64,000 nucleotides of DNA, from the NCBI GenBank assembly GCA_951406725.2, contig OX597831.1, forward strand, positions 744,001-808,000, read 5' to 3'. Positions 35,251 to 49,914 of this stretch are shown piece by piece. The notes beneath the pieces are model-generated. The model saw only the letters and a list, made by a program, of their open reading frames with translations. It was not told the DNA's origin and ran no database searches. Source of the DNA: Octopus vulgaris (Eukaryota). A program made the translations under genes and the position numbers. Every line of letters begins with the position of its first letter. Position 1 is the first letter of the stretch.

Positions 35251-35988
35251 AACTCTCTTTTATATATGTCTTGCAAATAACTTGCACATGCAAGTGTTAC
35301 CAGTCAAAAACTCCGCATACCCATGTGAATGTCTGACCAGTGTATTTCTTTTCATCATCTGAGAACACCTCCTCTCTTTAGACAATGCATTTCGAAGTCC
35401 CTTTACACCAGTGAATCATGTGTTTTTTGAACACACGTCAATAATAGTATTTTTGAGACTGATTTCTATAGACAGGAGCTCGTGATCTTGTTAGTTCATC
35501 AGTCCGGCAGAGTTAGGGTTAGGGTTTCGACTGAGAAGACACAACGAAGTCGAAACTACGCGGTGTCTGAACGTCCTCTTACACCAGTGAACTGGTAAAC
35601 CGTGTGTTACAAATATACAATATCTAAAGGGAAGAAGTATTCTCCGTTAATGAAAACCACCAGTGGCCAGATATTCACGCTTGAATCTGCCAGAATTATT
35701 AAGAATGAATAGATGCGCTATTGTTTGGATTGTCGCTGTTCTGTGGGCACCCCATGAATTATTTATGTCATAAAATAGACTTCCTAAAACATACACACCT
35801 ACATACATGCACAAACTCATTCAAACACATACAAACACAAATACATGCACATATGAAAATATATACACTTACACATAAACACTCACACACGTAAAGGCAT
35901 GCACAAATACACACAGAATTACATAAGAAAAAAATACACATACATCCGAGTGCATGTGCATATTCAATTCCTAAACTCACGTATATTT

Positions 35989-38900
35989 TCACGTAATAAG
36001 TGTCACACATACATCTTCCTACATACATATATAACTCCCCTATATGTACATATATTCAAATGAACCAAATACCCCACCTCACGTAATAAGTGTCACACAT
36101 GCATCTACCTACATACACATATACATATACAACTCCCCTATATGTACATATATTCAAATGAACCAAATACCCCACCTCACGTAATAAGTGTCACACATGC
36201 ATCTACCTACATACACATATACATATATAACTCCCTTATATGTACATATATTCAAATGAACCAAATACCCCACCTCACGTAATAAGTGTCACACATACAT
36301 CTACCTACATACACATATACATATACAACTCCCCTATATGTACATATATTCAAATGAACCAAATACCCCACCTCACGTAATAAGTGTCACACATGCATCT
36401 ACCTACATACACATATACATATACAACTCCCTTATATGTACATACATTCAAATGAACCAAATACCCCACCTCACGTAATAAGTGTCACACATGCATCTAC
36501 CTACATACACATATACATATATAACTCCCTTATATGTACATATATTCAAATGAACCAAATACCCCACCTCACGTAATCAGTGTCACACATACATCTACCT
36601 ACATACACATATACATATACAACTCCCTTATATGTACATATATTCAAATGAACCAAATACCCCACCTCACGTAATAAGTGTCACACATGCATCTACCTAC
36701 ATACACATATACATATACAACTCCCTTATATGTACATATATTCAAATGAACCAAATACCCCACCTCACGTAATAAGTGTCACACATACATCTACCTACAT
36801 ACACATATACATATATAACTCCCTTATATGTACATATATTCAAATGAACCAAATACCCCACCTCACGTAATCAGTGTCACACATACATCTACCTACATAC
36901 ACATACATATACAACTCCCTTATATGTACATATATTCAAATGAACCAAATACCCCACCTCACGTAATAAGTGTCACACATGCATCTACCTACATACACAT
37001 ATACATATACAACTCCCTTATATGTACATATATTCAAATGAACCAAATACCCCACCTCACGTAATAAGTGTCACACATACATCTACCTACATACACATAT
37101 ACATATACAACTCCCTTATATGTACATATATTCAAATGAACCAAATACCCCACCTCACGTAATCAGTGTCACACATACATCTACCTACATACACATATAC
37201 ATATACAACTCCCTTATATGTACATATATTCAAATGAACCAAATACCCCACCTCACGTAATAAGTGTCACACATACATCTACCTACATACACATATACAT
37301 ATACAACTCCCTTATATGTACATATATTCAAATGAACCAAATACCCCACCTCACGTAATAAGTGTCACACATGCATCTACCTACATACACATATACATAT
37401 ACAACTCCCTTATATGTACATATATTCAAATGAACCAAATACCCCACCTCACGTAATCAGTGTCACACATACATCTACCTACATACACATACATATACAA
37501 CTCCCTTATATGTACATATATTCAAATGAACCAAATACCCCACCTCACGTAATCAGTGTCACACATACATCTACCTACATACACATATACATATACAACT
37601 CCCTTATATGTACATATATTCAAATGAACCAAATACCCCACCTCACGTAATAAGTGTCACACATGCATCTACCTACATACACATATACATATATAACTCC
37701 CTTATATGTACATGCATTCAAATGAACCAAATACCCCACCTCACGTAATAAGTGTCACACATGCATCTACCTACATACACATACATATACAACTCCCTTA
37801 TATGTACATATATTCAAATGAACCAAATACCCCACCTCACGTAATAAGTGTCACACATGCATCTACCTACATACACATATACATATACAACTCCCTAATA
37901 TGTACATATATTCAAATGAACCAAATACCCCACCTCACGTAATCAGTGTCACACATACATCTACCTACATACACACATATACATATATAACTCCCCTATA
38001 TGTACATATATTCAAATGAACCAAATACCCCACCTCACGTAATAAGTGTCACACATACATCTACCTACATACACATATACATATACAACTCCCTTATATG
38101 TACATATATTCAAATGAACCAAATACCCCACCTCACGTAATAAGTGTCACACATGCATCTACCTACATACACATATACATATACAACTCCCCTATATGTA
38201 CATATATTCAAATGAACCAAATACCCCACCTCACGTAATAAGTGTCACACATACATCTACCTACATACACATATACATATACAACTCCCCTATATGTACA
38301 TGCATTCAAATGAACCAAATACCCCACCTCACGTAATAAGTGTCACACATGCATCTACCTACATACACATATACATATACAACTCCCCTATATGTACATG
38401 CATTCAAATGAACCAAATACCCCACCTCACGTAATAAGTGTCACACATGCATCTACCTACATACACATATACATATACAACTCCCTTATATGTACATGCA
38501 TTCAAATGAACCAAATACCCCACCTCACGTAATCAGTGTCACACATACATCTACCTACATACACATATACATATACAACTCCCCTATATGTACATATATT
38601 CAAATGAACCAAATACCCCACCTCACGTAATAAGTGTCACACATGCATCTACCTACATACACATATACATATACAACTCCCTTATATGTACATGCATTCA
38701 AATGAACCAAATACCCCACCTCACGTAATCAGTGTCACACATACATCTACCTACATACACATATACATATACAACTCCCTTATATGTACATGCATTCAAA
38801 TGAACCAAATACCCCACCTCACGTAATCAGTGTCACACATACATCTACCTACATACACATATACATATACAACTCCCCTATATGTACATGCATTCAAATG

Positions 38901-40790
38901 AACCAAATACCCCACCTCACGTAATAGTGTCACACATGCATCTACCTACATACACATATACATATACAACTCCCTATATGTACATCATTCAAATGAACCC
39001 CACCTCACGTAATAAGTGTCACACATGCATCTACCTACATACACATATACATATACAACTCCCTTATATGTACATGCATTCAAATGAACCAAATACCCCA
39101 CCTTATCATGTCACGAACCAAATCACCTAATAAGTGTCACACATGCATCTACCTACATACACATATACATATATAACTCCCTTATATGTACATATATTCA
39201 AATGAACCAAATACCCCACCTCACGTAATAAGTGTCACACATGCATCTACCTACATACACATATACATATACAACACCCCTATATGTACATGCATTCAAA
39301 TGAACCAAATACCCCACCTCACGTAATAAGTGTCACACATGCATCTACCTACATACACATATACATATATAACTCCCCTATATGTACATATATTCAAATG
39401 AACCAAATACCCCACCTCACGTAATAAGTGTCACACATGCATCTACCTACATACACATATACATATATAACTCCCCTATATGTACATATATTCAAATGAA
39501 CCAAATACCCCACCTCACGTAATAAGTGTCACACATGCATCTACCTACATACACATATACATATATAACTCCCTTATATGTACATATATTCAAATGAACC
39601 AAATACCCCACCTCACGTAATAAGTGTCACACATGCATCTACCTACATACACATATACATATATAACTCCCCTATATGTACATATATTCAAATGAACCAA
39701 ATACCCCACCTCACGTAATAAGTGTCACACATGCATCTACCTACATACACATATACATATATAACTCCCTTATATGTACATATATTCAAATGAACCAAAT
39801 ACCCCACCTCACGTAATAAGTGTCACACATACATCTACCTACATACACATATACATATATAACTCCCTTATATGTACATATATTCAAATGAACCAAATAC
39901 CCCACCTCACGTAATAAGTGTCACACATGCATCTACCTACATACACATATACATATATAACTCCCTTATATGTACATATATTCAAATGAACCAAATACCC
40001 CACCTCACGTAATAAGTGTCACACATGCATCTACCTACATACACATATACATATATAACTCCCTTATATGTACATATATTCAAATGAACCAAATACCCCA
40101 CCTCACGTAATAAGTGTCACACATGCATCTACCTACATACACATATACATATATAACTCCCTTATATGTACATGCATTCAAATGAACCAAATACCCCACC
40201 TCACGTAATCAGTGTCACACATGCATCTACCTACATACACATATACATATATAACTCCCCTATATGTACATATATTCAAATGAACCAAATACCCCACCTC
40301 ACGTAATAAGTGTCACACATGCATCTACCTACATACACATATACATATATAACTCCCCTATATGTACATATATTCAAATGAACCAAATACCCCACCTCAC
40401 GTAATAAGTGTCACACATGCATCTACCTACATACACATATACATATATAACTCCCTTATATGTACATATATTCAAATGAACCAAATACCCCACCTCACGT
40501 AATAAGTGTCACACATGCATCTACCTACATACACATATACATATATAACTCCCTTATATGTACATATATTCAAATGAACCAAATACCCCACCTCACGTAA
40601 TAAGTGTCACACATGCATCTACCTACATACACATATACATATACAACTCCCTTATATGTACATACATTCAAATGAACCAAATACCCCACCTCACGTAATA
40701 AGTGTCACACATGCATCTACCTACATACACATATACATATATAACTCCCCTATATGTACATATATTCAAATGAACCAAATACCGCACCTC
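35989..40790. repeat. Tandem array, 98-bp unit, ~49 copies
   Basis: Unit cctcacgtaataagtgtcacacatgcatctacctacatacacatatacatatacaactcccctatatgtacatatattcaaatgaaccaaatacccca; period 98 (36061 to 36159). Confidence 0.98.
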
Positions 40791-42140
40791 TTCCCCAGTT
40801 TTATTTACATTTGGTAGAGAATAGAAGTGGAGATTAAGACAGTAGAGGAGCTGAAGGCAATGAGTGGAAAAGAAAAGGTGGAAGAAAATAGTAATGAAGA
40901 ATGCAGACGGTAAAGGTGGCGGAAGAGATGGAAATAAAGGAAGGAAACAGTGGGGGGAAGGGCGAAGCTTGAGGCTGGCAGTTGGTTTTGTCTTTGTCTT
41001 TCCAGATTTCGTTTGATTTTCAAAACTTTGGCCTTGGATTACATGGTGAATGGTATGTTGTTGACTGGGCTGTAGCGCAGAAGGTAGGAAGGGGTTTATG
41101 TTTGGTTTGTCAAACACTATTGACTTCGAAGGGGCCTGGTAGTGAAGTAGTTACAGTAGTTATAGTGGTGGTGGTGGTGGTCGTCGTCGTGGTAGATGTT
41201 GTGGCAATAGTTATAGTGGTGTTGGCGAAGGTTGTTACTGTTTGGCTCCATGACAGAGCTGACAATGTTGGAAGACGTTCCACCCATGATTATCCAATCT
41301 TTATTTAAGACTGTCTAGAAGGAAATTATCTAATATTCACCCTTACCTTTTTTCTTATGAAAATAGAGTAATATGATTTGAGAGCAGTTTGGAGACTATT
41401 TCTAACAGGTCGAGCTACCAGAAAATATTGGTTTCAAATTTTAGTACAAGGCCAGCAGTTTCGGATGAGAGGGCAAATCGATTACATCGACCCCAGTGTT
41501 CAACTGGTACTTATTTTATTGACCCCGAAAGTATGAAAGGCAAGGTCGACCTCGGCGGAATTTGAACTCAGACGGACAAAATACCGCTTACCGTTTTGCC
41601 CGATGTGCAAACGATTCTGCCAGCCCACTGCCTTAGAGCTCTAAGAGAAGATTACGATGTTGATTGCAATAGTTCTGGTGGTGAACTAGTTGTATTGGTG
41701 TTGCGACGGAGTAGCACTGGTGGTTGTGTTGGTGGTGGTTGTACTAGTGGTAGGGCTGTTTTAGTAGCATTATAAACACCCGGGCAAATCAATGCCTCGG
41801 GAAAATCAATGCTCTGGGCTCTATGATATTTTTTTATTGACAGCAATACATAGATTAGAATTGGGACCCCTAGACCCGTGAGGGTCCCTAGGCAACTGCC
41901 CAATGTGCCCATCCGTTAAGACAGCCCTGAGTGGTGGCGATGGTGATTGTTATGATATTCTTAATGCTTTTCTTTATGTGATTTGATCATGAAAGAAGAA
42001 GAGACTGTGTCCATAGCTTTTGCAGGACCCCAACCTAGCCTCCAAGACCAACGAAATATTGTAGAAATATAGGTTGATGGTCAAAATTCTGGGATGAAAA
42101 GATTGGGAGTAAATTGAGGCCAGCTCTGATCAGTCTAACC

Positions 42141-42341
42141 CAGTGGTTTTCAATCAGAGTTCCGCCAGTACAGTCCAGAGGTTCCACAAGAAGTTACAAA
42201 ACTGCTAAAATCGGCAGTAATTTTTAATTCTCCTGTGCAGATACGTGTGCATAAGACTATTAAATTATTGCACAGGGGTTCCTCGAGCCAGTGGAATGTT
42301 TCCTTGGGGTTCCGCTCCAGCAAAAAGTCTGAAAAGCACTG
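42141..42341 (+). mobile_element. hAT-type MITE (copy 3)
   Basis: CAGTG...CACTG termini, perfect 8-bp TSD gtctaacc. Confidence 0.9.
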
Positions 42342-42529
42342 GTCTAACCCATGACATCCACGTGTAACGCACAGAACAGTTTTTCTAGATTGGTAAGTAT
42401 ACCTAGTAACCAGATTGGTTACTCTGGTATATTTACTACGTATGCTATACTTACTCTGATATACTTCTACTGGATTACTTACCATGTGGTATAGGAACTA
42501 TATGGTATTCTTACAACGTAGTATTCTTA

Positions 42530-44163
42530 CGAGGTTGGGCTGAAAAGTTCAGGGGCTAAGTTTATTTTCCAACATAGTCTCCCTCGGTCTTGCAGTGCAT
42601 GGAATTTTTGAACGGCCTGGGCGACCGAGGCCGTAGGTACTCGGAGTGCACAGGCAGTCCAATATGGCCTCCGTAGGTGGCTGCGGAGGTAATAGAACAT
42701 AAAAATTCCGTCAAGGGTCACAGCGACCTTTGATAAGAAAGAGTTTGCTTTCCTCTTCACGGGCCCCGACTTGTCGGTACAGAGTTGTCTGCAGGCAGCA
42801 AGTCGACTTGCTTGGGGGCTTCGATGAGGAGGATTTATTGATGTGTATTGATATTTTTTGAATTTTTGCATTGATATCTTGATATTTGTATTCGAGGGTT
42901 TGTTGGTCGGTGGGCGCCGACATCCCTCTCATTTTTCTCATTATGTTTTCATTTCATCTCATTTTGTCTACGTCCAGCTTACAAGCTTCTTACTATGTGC
43001 AATGCCCTTGTGGCAAATTATATGAAATAAAGAAGCTATCATCATATTGATAAAAGAAAACCAACAGCAGCAGACATGACGTCATCATCACTGTGATACT
43101 GGTTCCCAGCCAAGTGCTTTTTCATCTTGTGGAGAAGATGATAGTCTGATGGGACGAAATCAGGAGAATAGGAAGCCTGATCGACCAGTTCAAAGCCACA
43201 GTCACGCACAGCAGCAACTGAAAGCAAAGACTCGTGTGCTGGAGCATTGTCCTGATGAAACAAGATTCCTTTCGTCAGATTTCCTGGCTGCTTGGTCGTG
43301 ACAGACTTCCGTAACTGCCTCAGAAAGTTGGCATAGTCCTCTCCATTGATGATGTGGCCCTTTTGAAGATAGTCAAATACAATACCTTTTGCATCCCCAA
43401 AATTGAGGTCATCACCTTTCTTGCGTGTGAAACGACCTTGGACTTCTCTGGAGCAGGTGAGGAGTGGTGTTTCCACTGCATGGATTGTCCCTTTGTTTCT
43501 GGCTCAAAGTGATGGAGTCAACACTTATCCTGGGTTATGAAACATTGAAGGGAATCAGCTGGATCTGCTTTAAAAAATGACAGATTTTGCCATGGTGTGA
43601 TCAGCTTGGTGCGCCCTTGATTTGCTGTCTGAATTTATGACGTCCACTGAGCAGAAACGTTCGTCATATCACGTTCGTCGTGCAGAATATTGTCAACTCT
43701 CTCACAGGATATGCTTATTAGCATTGGCTATTTGATTTATAGTCATCAATTAGCTTGTCATCCATCAGCATGTGGTGAACATGATCAATGTTTTTCTTGG
43801 TGGTGGCAGTTGTAGGACTTCCAGACGTTGAGTTGCCTTCAAAACTTTCTGTTCCCTCGCAAATTCAGCTGCCCACTTTCGCATTATTGATAAAGCTGGA
43901 ACATCATTCCCTAATGTAGCCACCTTGTCATCATGAATGTCGTTGGGGGCTAAACTCTTTTTTTTTTTTTTTTGCAAGTACTTGATGTCCATTTTCAAAA
44001 GAAGTCGCCACTAGTTACTTTTGAAGCCTTCTTTGAACATTAAGATGTGAGTTTACCCAGAAAGAAACAATGCAGTTGTTAATAAGAAAGGTTGAAATTA
44101 ATACATGAAACATTTCACAGCTCTAGCGTCACTCCTTCATAGTAACTTTTCAGCGAACCCTCG
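42530..44163 (-). mobile_element. Decayed mariner element carrying a non-mariner internal segment
   Basis: TIRs cgagg(tt/gt)..gctgaaaagtt, TA flanks; GILFHQDNAPAH, YSPDFVPSDYHL, C-terminal GDYVGK*. Confidence 0.9.
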
Positions 44164-44670
44164 TACTCGGGTATACTTACTATATTGAATACTGACAATG
44201 TGGCATACTTACTCTGGTATATTTACTCCGCAGCATACTTACTCAGGTATACTTATTATGTGGTATTCTTTCTTTGGTATATTTACTTCATGGTATTCTT
44301 TCTCTGATATACTATGTCGCATACTTACTCTGGTATACTTCCCATGTTGTATTCTTTCTCTGGTATACCTACTATGTGATATATTACTCTGGTATATTTA
44401 TTATGTGGTATATTACTCTGGTATACTTACTACGTGGTATACTTATTCTGATATAATTACTATGTGGCGTAATTACTCTGGTATACATACTATGTGTTAT
44501 ACTTATTGTATAGTACACCTACTACAGTATACATATTATGTGGTACACTTACTATATAGTATACTTACTATGTGATATACTCATCCTGTGGTATACTTAC
44601 TATGTTGTATATCTATTATAGTATACTTAATATATGGTGTACTTATTATGGTTGTGTTACTGTGTGGGAT
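44164..44670. repeat. Degenerate minisatellite (tggtatacttac-based), continuing at ~42390-42529 on the other side of the mariner
   Basis: Repeated tggtatacttactc/tatg variants on both flanks. Confidence 0.75.
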
Positions 44671-45502
44671 ACTTTTATGTTTTCGTCTATCTAGAAAGCA
44701 CAATACGCACTGTTATGCAGTGGCAAGTCCGAAGAGAGGCGACATGACAGTCTGAACGTATTGCATATACCACATATGCAAGTAATGGCATTGAACATTT
44801 TCGGGATCTTTTGCTTGTGCTTGAGATCATGGCGATCCCACACTCCCCAGCCAGTAACCTATATTTACACTGGATATCTAGCCTTGGCTTGTCTCTAGCT
44901 CAGTTCACTAGGGTGGAGAGGGATTCTGAGGTTCTATGTAAGTCTTGTTGGACCTAGAATTTTAGGTTGTGCAATCGCCAGCGAGGCGACTATGCGATGA
45001 TGCCCGTTTGAGCAGAAAGACACCGCGGCGAGCATAGAAGCACGGGTATTGGCTAACATTTCACGTGTACAATGGTCAGTGGTCGCCTTCCTCGGTCGAC
45101 CGCTGCATCTACAAATGTTTGAAAATAGACTGGAGACTGTAGAGAATGCAATACGTTCCGACTGTCAATTCACATCTCTTCGGACTTGTATGTTAAGCAT
45201 TTTGCCCGGGACACGGTAAAGATTCTGCCTACTTGCCACCTCATACTAGTACATACAATGCAAAAACGATCTGCAGAATACGATATTTAATAAAATTCTA
45301 GAATGTATTCTTTCTGTGTGGCCCAGACGACGTTGGCTCCCTCTGCCCGAAAAAGCATTGCTGTCAGCAATGTCACATTCAAATAATTGACACCAGCAGA
45401 TAATGGAGCATTTTCCTACATGAGTTATTTCCCTTTAACTACATCAGCGAGTTGCGTCAATGATGGCTGTCAACGGTCACACACGCACGCACACACACAC
45501 AC

Positions 45503-45549
<47 letters not shown>

Positions 45550-46997
45550 CAAGCTAACACAAGGGCAGCGTAACAGGAGCAGAGTATAATAAGTGATAAA
45601 GGCAGCGAACTGACAAAATTGTTTGACTGTCAGGGTATTATAGTATTTATTCCGCCGATCTGTGTTCAAACCCACGGGGTTAACTTATATCATTGATCTT
45701 TCTGCCGTAGGCACGAGGCTTGTAGTTCTGGGGAAGGGGGTACAATCAATTACCTTGAACCCTAGGATTCGACTGGTACTTTTATCAATTCCAAAAGGAT
45801 GAAAGGCAATGTCGACCTCCGAGGAATTTGAACTCAGAAGGAAAAGCTAGAAGAAATGTCGCAAAGCATTTTGTTATAACGACACCGAAATGGCGAAAGG
45901 GAAGGTACAAGCCTCGAGGTCGATCCCTCTTTTTATCTACTAGGTTTTTCCGGTTGAATGTATTTAACAAAAAGGCAATCAAGGGGCAGGTCAAATAAAG
46001 CAAGAAAAATATTGTGTGTGTGTGCGTGCGTACGTGTGTGTGTTTGTGCGTGTGTGTGTCTGTGTGTGTGTGTGTGTGCTGCAAGCCTTAACAGCTTTCT
46101 GTTTCCTTCCTTCTCTATTTAGTGAGTTAATGTCCCAGGTTGTAAGCAACGAAATTCATTATTCTTCACATGCTTTTGTAACCACTGAGACGAAGCAAAA
46201 ATGGGACCTGAGACGAACTGCTTTTGTTGTTCAGCTGACGATCTATAACAAATACAATAGACATTTTAAATCAAATATCGATAAATCTATTTTATTTTAT
46301 AATTCAAACAATAATATTTCAAAGAGTAGTCAACGATGAACAGCAAGGACTAAGTTTCTGGCTGGTTAAGAACTCGCTCTAGTTCCTTTCTTTTACAATT
46401 CATTTGCAACGTTAATTAGCTACATAAGGACATTAGATGTCCCAATATCACATTTCCTTCGTTGTTGAGCCGTGATTTACGTGTAATAAAAAAAAATTAT
46501 GAATTTCTTACAAAACGTCTTAAAACCTATTTGCTCTGAATAGGAAATGTTTATTAAAAAGATATTAAAACCCGATGTTGGATGCTTTTCGTCCGCTACC
46601 GATATACTTCTGTACTTTTTAGCACTAAACATCAATATGAAATGCTTTTTCAAGACGAATACCGCAGTGCTGTGGCTTTTTATAGTATGTCTATGTTAAG
46701 TTAGATATACAAAATGCTATTCTGTTGCTAATGAAATAAAATCCTAGCTTATGCCAAGTAGAGTTACTTTTCTTAGATCCTTTGCAGCGCAGGCATCTAA
46801 GGGAAACAACTCTGAATATTTTCCGACTAATTTACTTCCTTCTCGTACTCCTTTACTCTTTTATTTGTTTCAGTCATTTGACTCTGGCCATGCTGGTGCA
46901 CCGCCTTTAAGTCGGTACTTATTCTATCGGAGACGTAAACAAACTAGCATCTGTTGTCAAGCGATGTTGGGGGGGGGGGACAAACACAGACACACAA

Positions 46998-47029
<32 letters not shown>

Positions 47030-48073
47030 ATATGTATATACATACATACGACAGGCTTCTTTCAGTTTCTGTCTACCAAATCCATTCACAAGGCTTTGGT
47101 CGGCCCGAGGCTATAGTAGAAGACACGCAGTGGGATAGAACCCCGAACCATGTGATTCGTAAGCAAGCTACTTACCACACAGCCATTCCTACGATATGAT
47201 AAGAAGCAAGCGATAATATATATTATTTTACAGATTTGACTTACGGTGATGCGCACTACCTTTGAGTTTTATTCAATTCTAGGACAGCCAATGCTCGATC
47301 ATCTGTGTAAGCGTTTGATCTTCTAGAAATAGTAAAAAAATCTCCTTCAAATTACATCCTGCTGTTTTAATTATAATTATTTATTGTTGTTAGCGGCTTG
47401 GCAGAATCATTAGAGCAAAGGAAAAAATTGCCTTGCGGTATTTGTTTCCACTCTTTACATTGTGAGATCGAATCTCGCCGACGTCAAATTTGCCCTTCAA
47501 CCTTTCAAAGTCAACAAAAGAAACTACCAGACGAGTGCTGAGGTCGATGGCATCGTCTTATCCGTCACCTCAAAATTACTGCCTTGTTTCTAAATTAAAA
47601 ATCTATATTATTATTTCTCATAAAGGGACATTTAAATAAAACATTAGTTATATTCAGATCTACATGCTCGCGCGTGTGTGCAAATATAAACAAATATGTA
47701 TGTATGTATATGTACATGTGTGTGTATATAGATATATATATATTTTACTCTGTTACTTGTTTCAGTCATTTGACTGTGGCTATGCAGGAGTACCGCCTTT
47801 AGTCGAGCAAATCGACCCCAGGACTTGTTCTTTGTACACCTAGTACTTGTTCTATCGGTCTCTTTTGCCGAACCGCTAAGTTATGAGGACGTAAACACAC
47901 CAGCATCGGTTGTCAAGCGATTTTAGGAGGACAAACACAGACACACAAACATATGCATGCATGCATGCATACATACATACATACATACATACATACATAC
48001 ATACATACATACATACATACATACATACATACATACATACATACATACATACATACATACATACATACATACA

Positions 48074-48136
<63 letters not shown>

Positions 48137-48297
48137 ATACAACAGGCTTCTTTCAGTTTCCGTCTACCAAATCCACTTACAAGGCTTTGGTCGGTTCGAG
48201 GCTATAGTAGAAGACACTTGCCCAAGGTGCCATGTAGTGGGACTGAACCCGCAACCATGTGGTTGGTAAGCAAGCTACTTACCACACAGTCACTCTA

Positions 48298-49175
48298 CAG
48301 GGTGTTTAAAAAAAAATTGATATCATTTGAGATGTAAATATCACAGAAACTACATAGTCAAATCAAATGAAATTAAATTGGCTTAATGTTGAACAACATA
48401 AGATTTATTCCTCCAAATTTGAATGAGAAATTCAAAGGTATGTGGATTCCATGAATGATTTCACAATTAAACAATATGCGCAATGCCTGAGACACGGAAC
48501 ACATCAAGTCAGTAGTCCAGCTCCTCTCAAACATGCTGCAGTATGTATTGGGTAACAGTCTCCAGTGCAGTAGTGATTCTCTGCTTGAGTTCCTCTAGGT
48601 TTGCAGGAAGAGGTGGAACATAGACCAGGCCCTTCACATAGTCCCAGAGAAAAAAATTGCAAGGTGTCAGGTCAGGTGAACATGGCGGCCATTTCAACAA
48701 CACATTTCATGAGGATGTGCCAAACTGTCATTGGAGGAATCTGGGTTTCCAGACTTGATCTTCTTATGGACTTCTTGGGTGGGGCTTCACAAGAGTTTTT
48801 GCCGAACCCACTTGACCATCTCTTCTAATGTTAGTAGTCATCCAGATCCTTTTGCCCTGCACAGACAGCCTTCCTCTTTGAATTTTTAGTGCCATGTCCA
48901 AATCTGCATTGCTGTTGGTGACTTTTTAGAGAACTCTCTCACAAATGCCTGCTGCACAGTCTTGTTTGACTGTGTTCGAGCATACTCCAACACACGAAAC
49001 GTCTTTTCTCTTCCAGTAAATGCCATTTCTATACCTGAAAAGATAAAGAGATCAAACATTAAACATAAAATTTTGACCTGTTTCTACACATGCTGTTAAA
49101 ATTTGAAGTCATTTGAACAAGAACTGGCAAAGTTATTAGATTGTGAAATGATATCAAATTTTTTAAAACATCCTG
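48298..49175 (-). mobile_element. Internally deleted Tc1/mariner-superfamily element (rosa/DD41D-like)
   Basis: TIRs cagggtgtttaaaaaa.ttgatatcattt; from 49026 MAFTGREKTFRVLEYARTQS..VQ..F..; WPPCSPDLTPCNFFLWDYVK. Confidence 0.85.
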
Positions 49176-49672
49176 TGTATATATATGTATGTATGTATGT
49201 ATGTGTACATATGGAGGCATATAGCATAGTGGTCCATCTGTGTTGTGTCATATCTTCCACTGCGTGTAGTTTGACTCCTCGACGCCACTGATATAACGAT
49301 ACAGTTATACAGTGGGAGGTATCCTTGTTACCACTGATATGTCCCACATCATGACAAAGTATTTTGTCACATGTTTGACTGGCCCAAAGCAACGTACCTC
49401 ACTGACTGACACTACTTGCTGTGTCTATTCACTATTCATTAGAAGTGGACCAACCCACTTCTCATTTGGGGGTGTTTGCGACAACATATATAACTTTAGC
49501 AATGTAACTACACGTGCTGTTGTGTTTTCTTTTCCTCCTTTGAACTTTTCCCTTTCTCCTTGCTGATGAAGAGCTATGCTCAAAACATCAAACTCTCTCT
49601 TTTCACTGAATGTTAAACTAATATATTCCTTGTGCACGTCCTCTTGTCTGTTAATTTTATTTGTTTATTTGA

Positions 49673-49714
<42 letters not shown>

Positions 49715-49716
49715 AT

Positions 49717-49856
<140 letters not shown>

Positions 49857-49914
49857 TATATGTATGTATATATATATATATATTTATATATAATTACATA
49901 TGTATATGCATGCA

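Noticed and set aside
35513-35526. Telomeric repeat (ttagggttagggtt)
   Set aside because: Only two units; not an interstitial telomere array.
35989-40790. CRISPR array or repeat-protein gene
   Set aside because: Contiguous units with no unique spacers, no cas genes, eukaryotic context; the 98-bp period is not a multiple of 3 and frames contain stops.
40800-41760. Thr/Pro-rich segments as a mucin-like chitinase linker or exons
   Set aside because: Upstream of the chitinase rather than downstream, stops in all frames, driven by (ACC)n repeats.
49563-49590. Hammerhead-like CTGATGAAGAGCTATGCTCAAAAC
   Set aside because: GAAA reads AAAA and there is no cleavage triplet or convincing stem I; remnant only.
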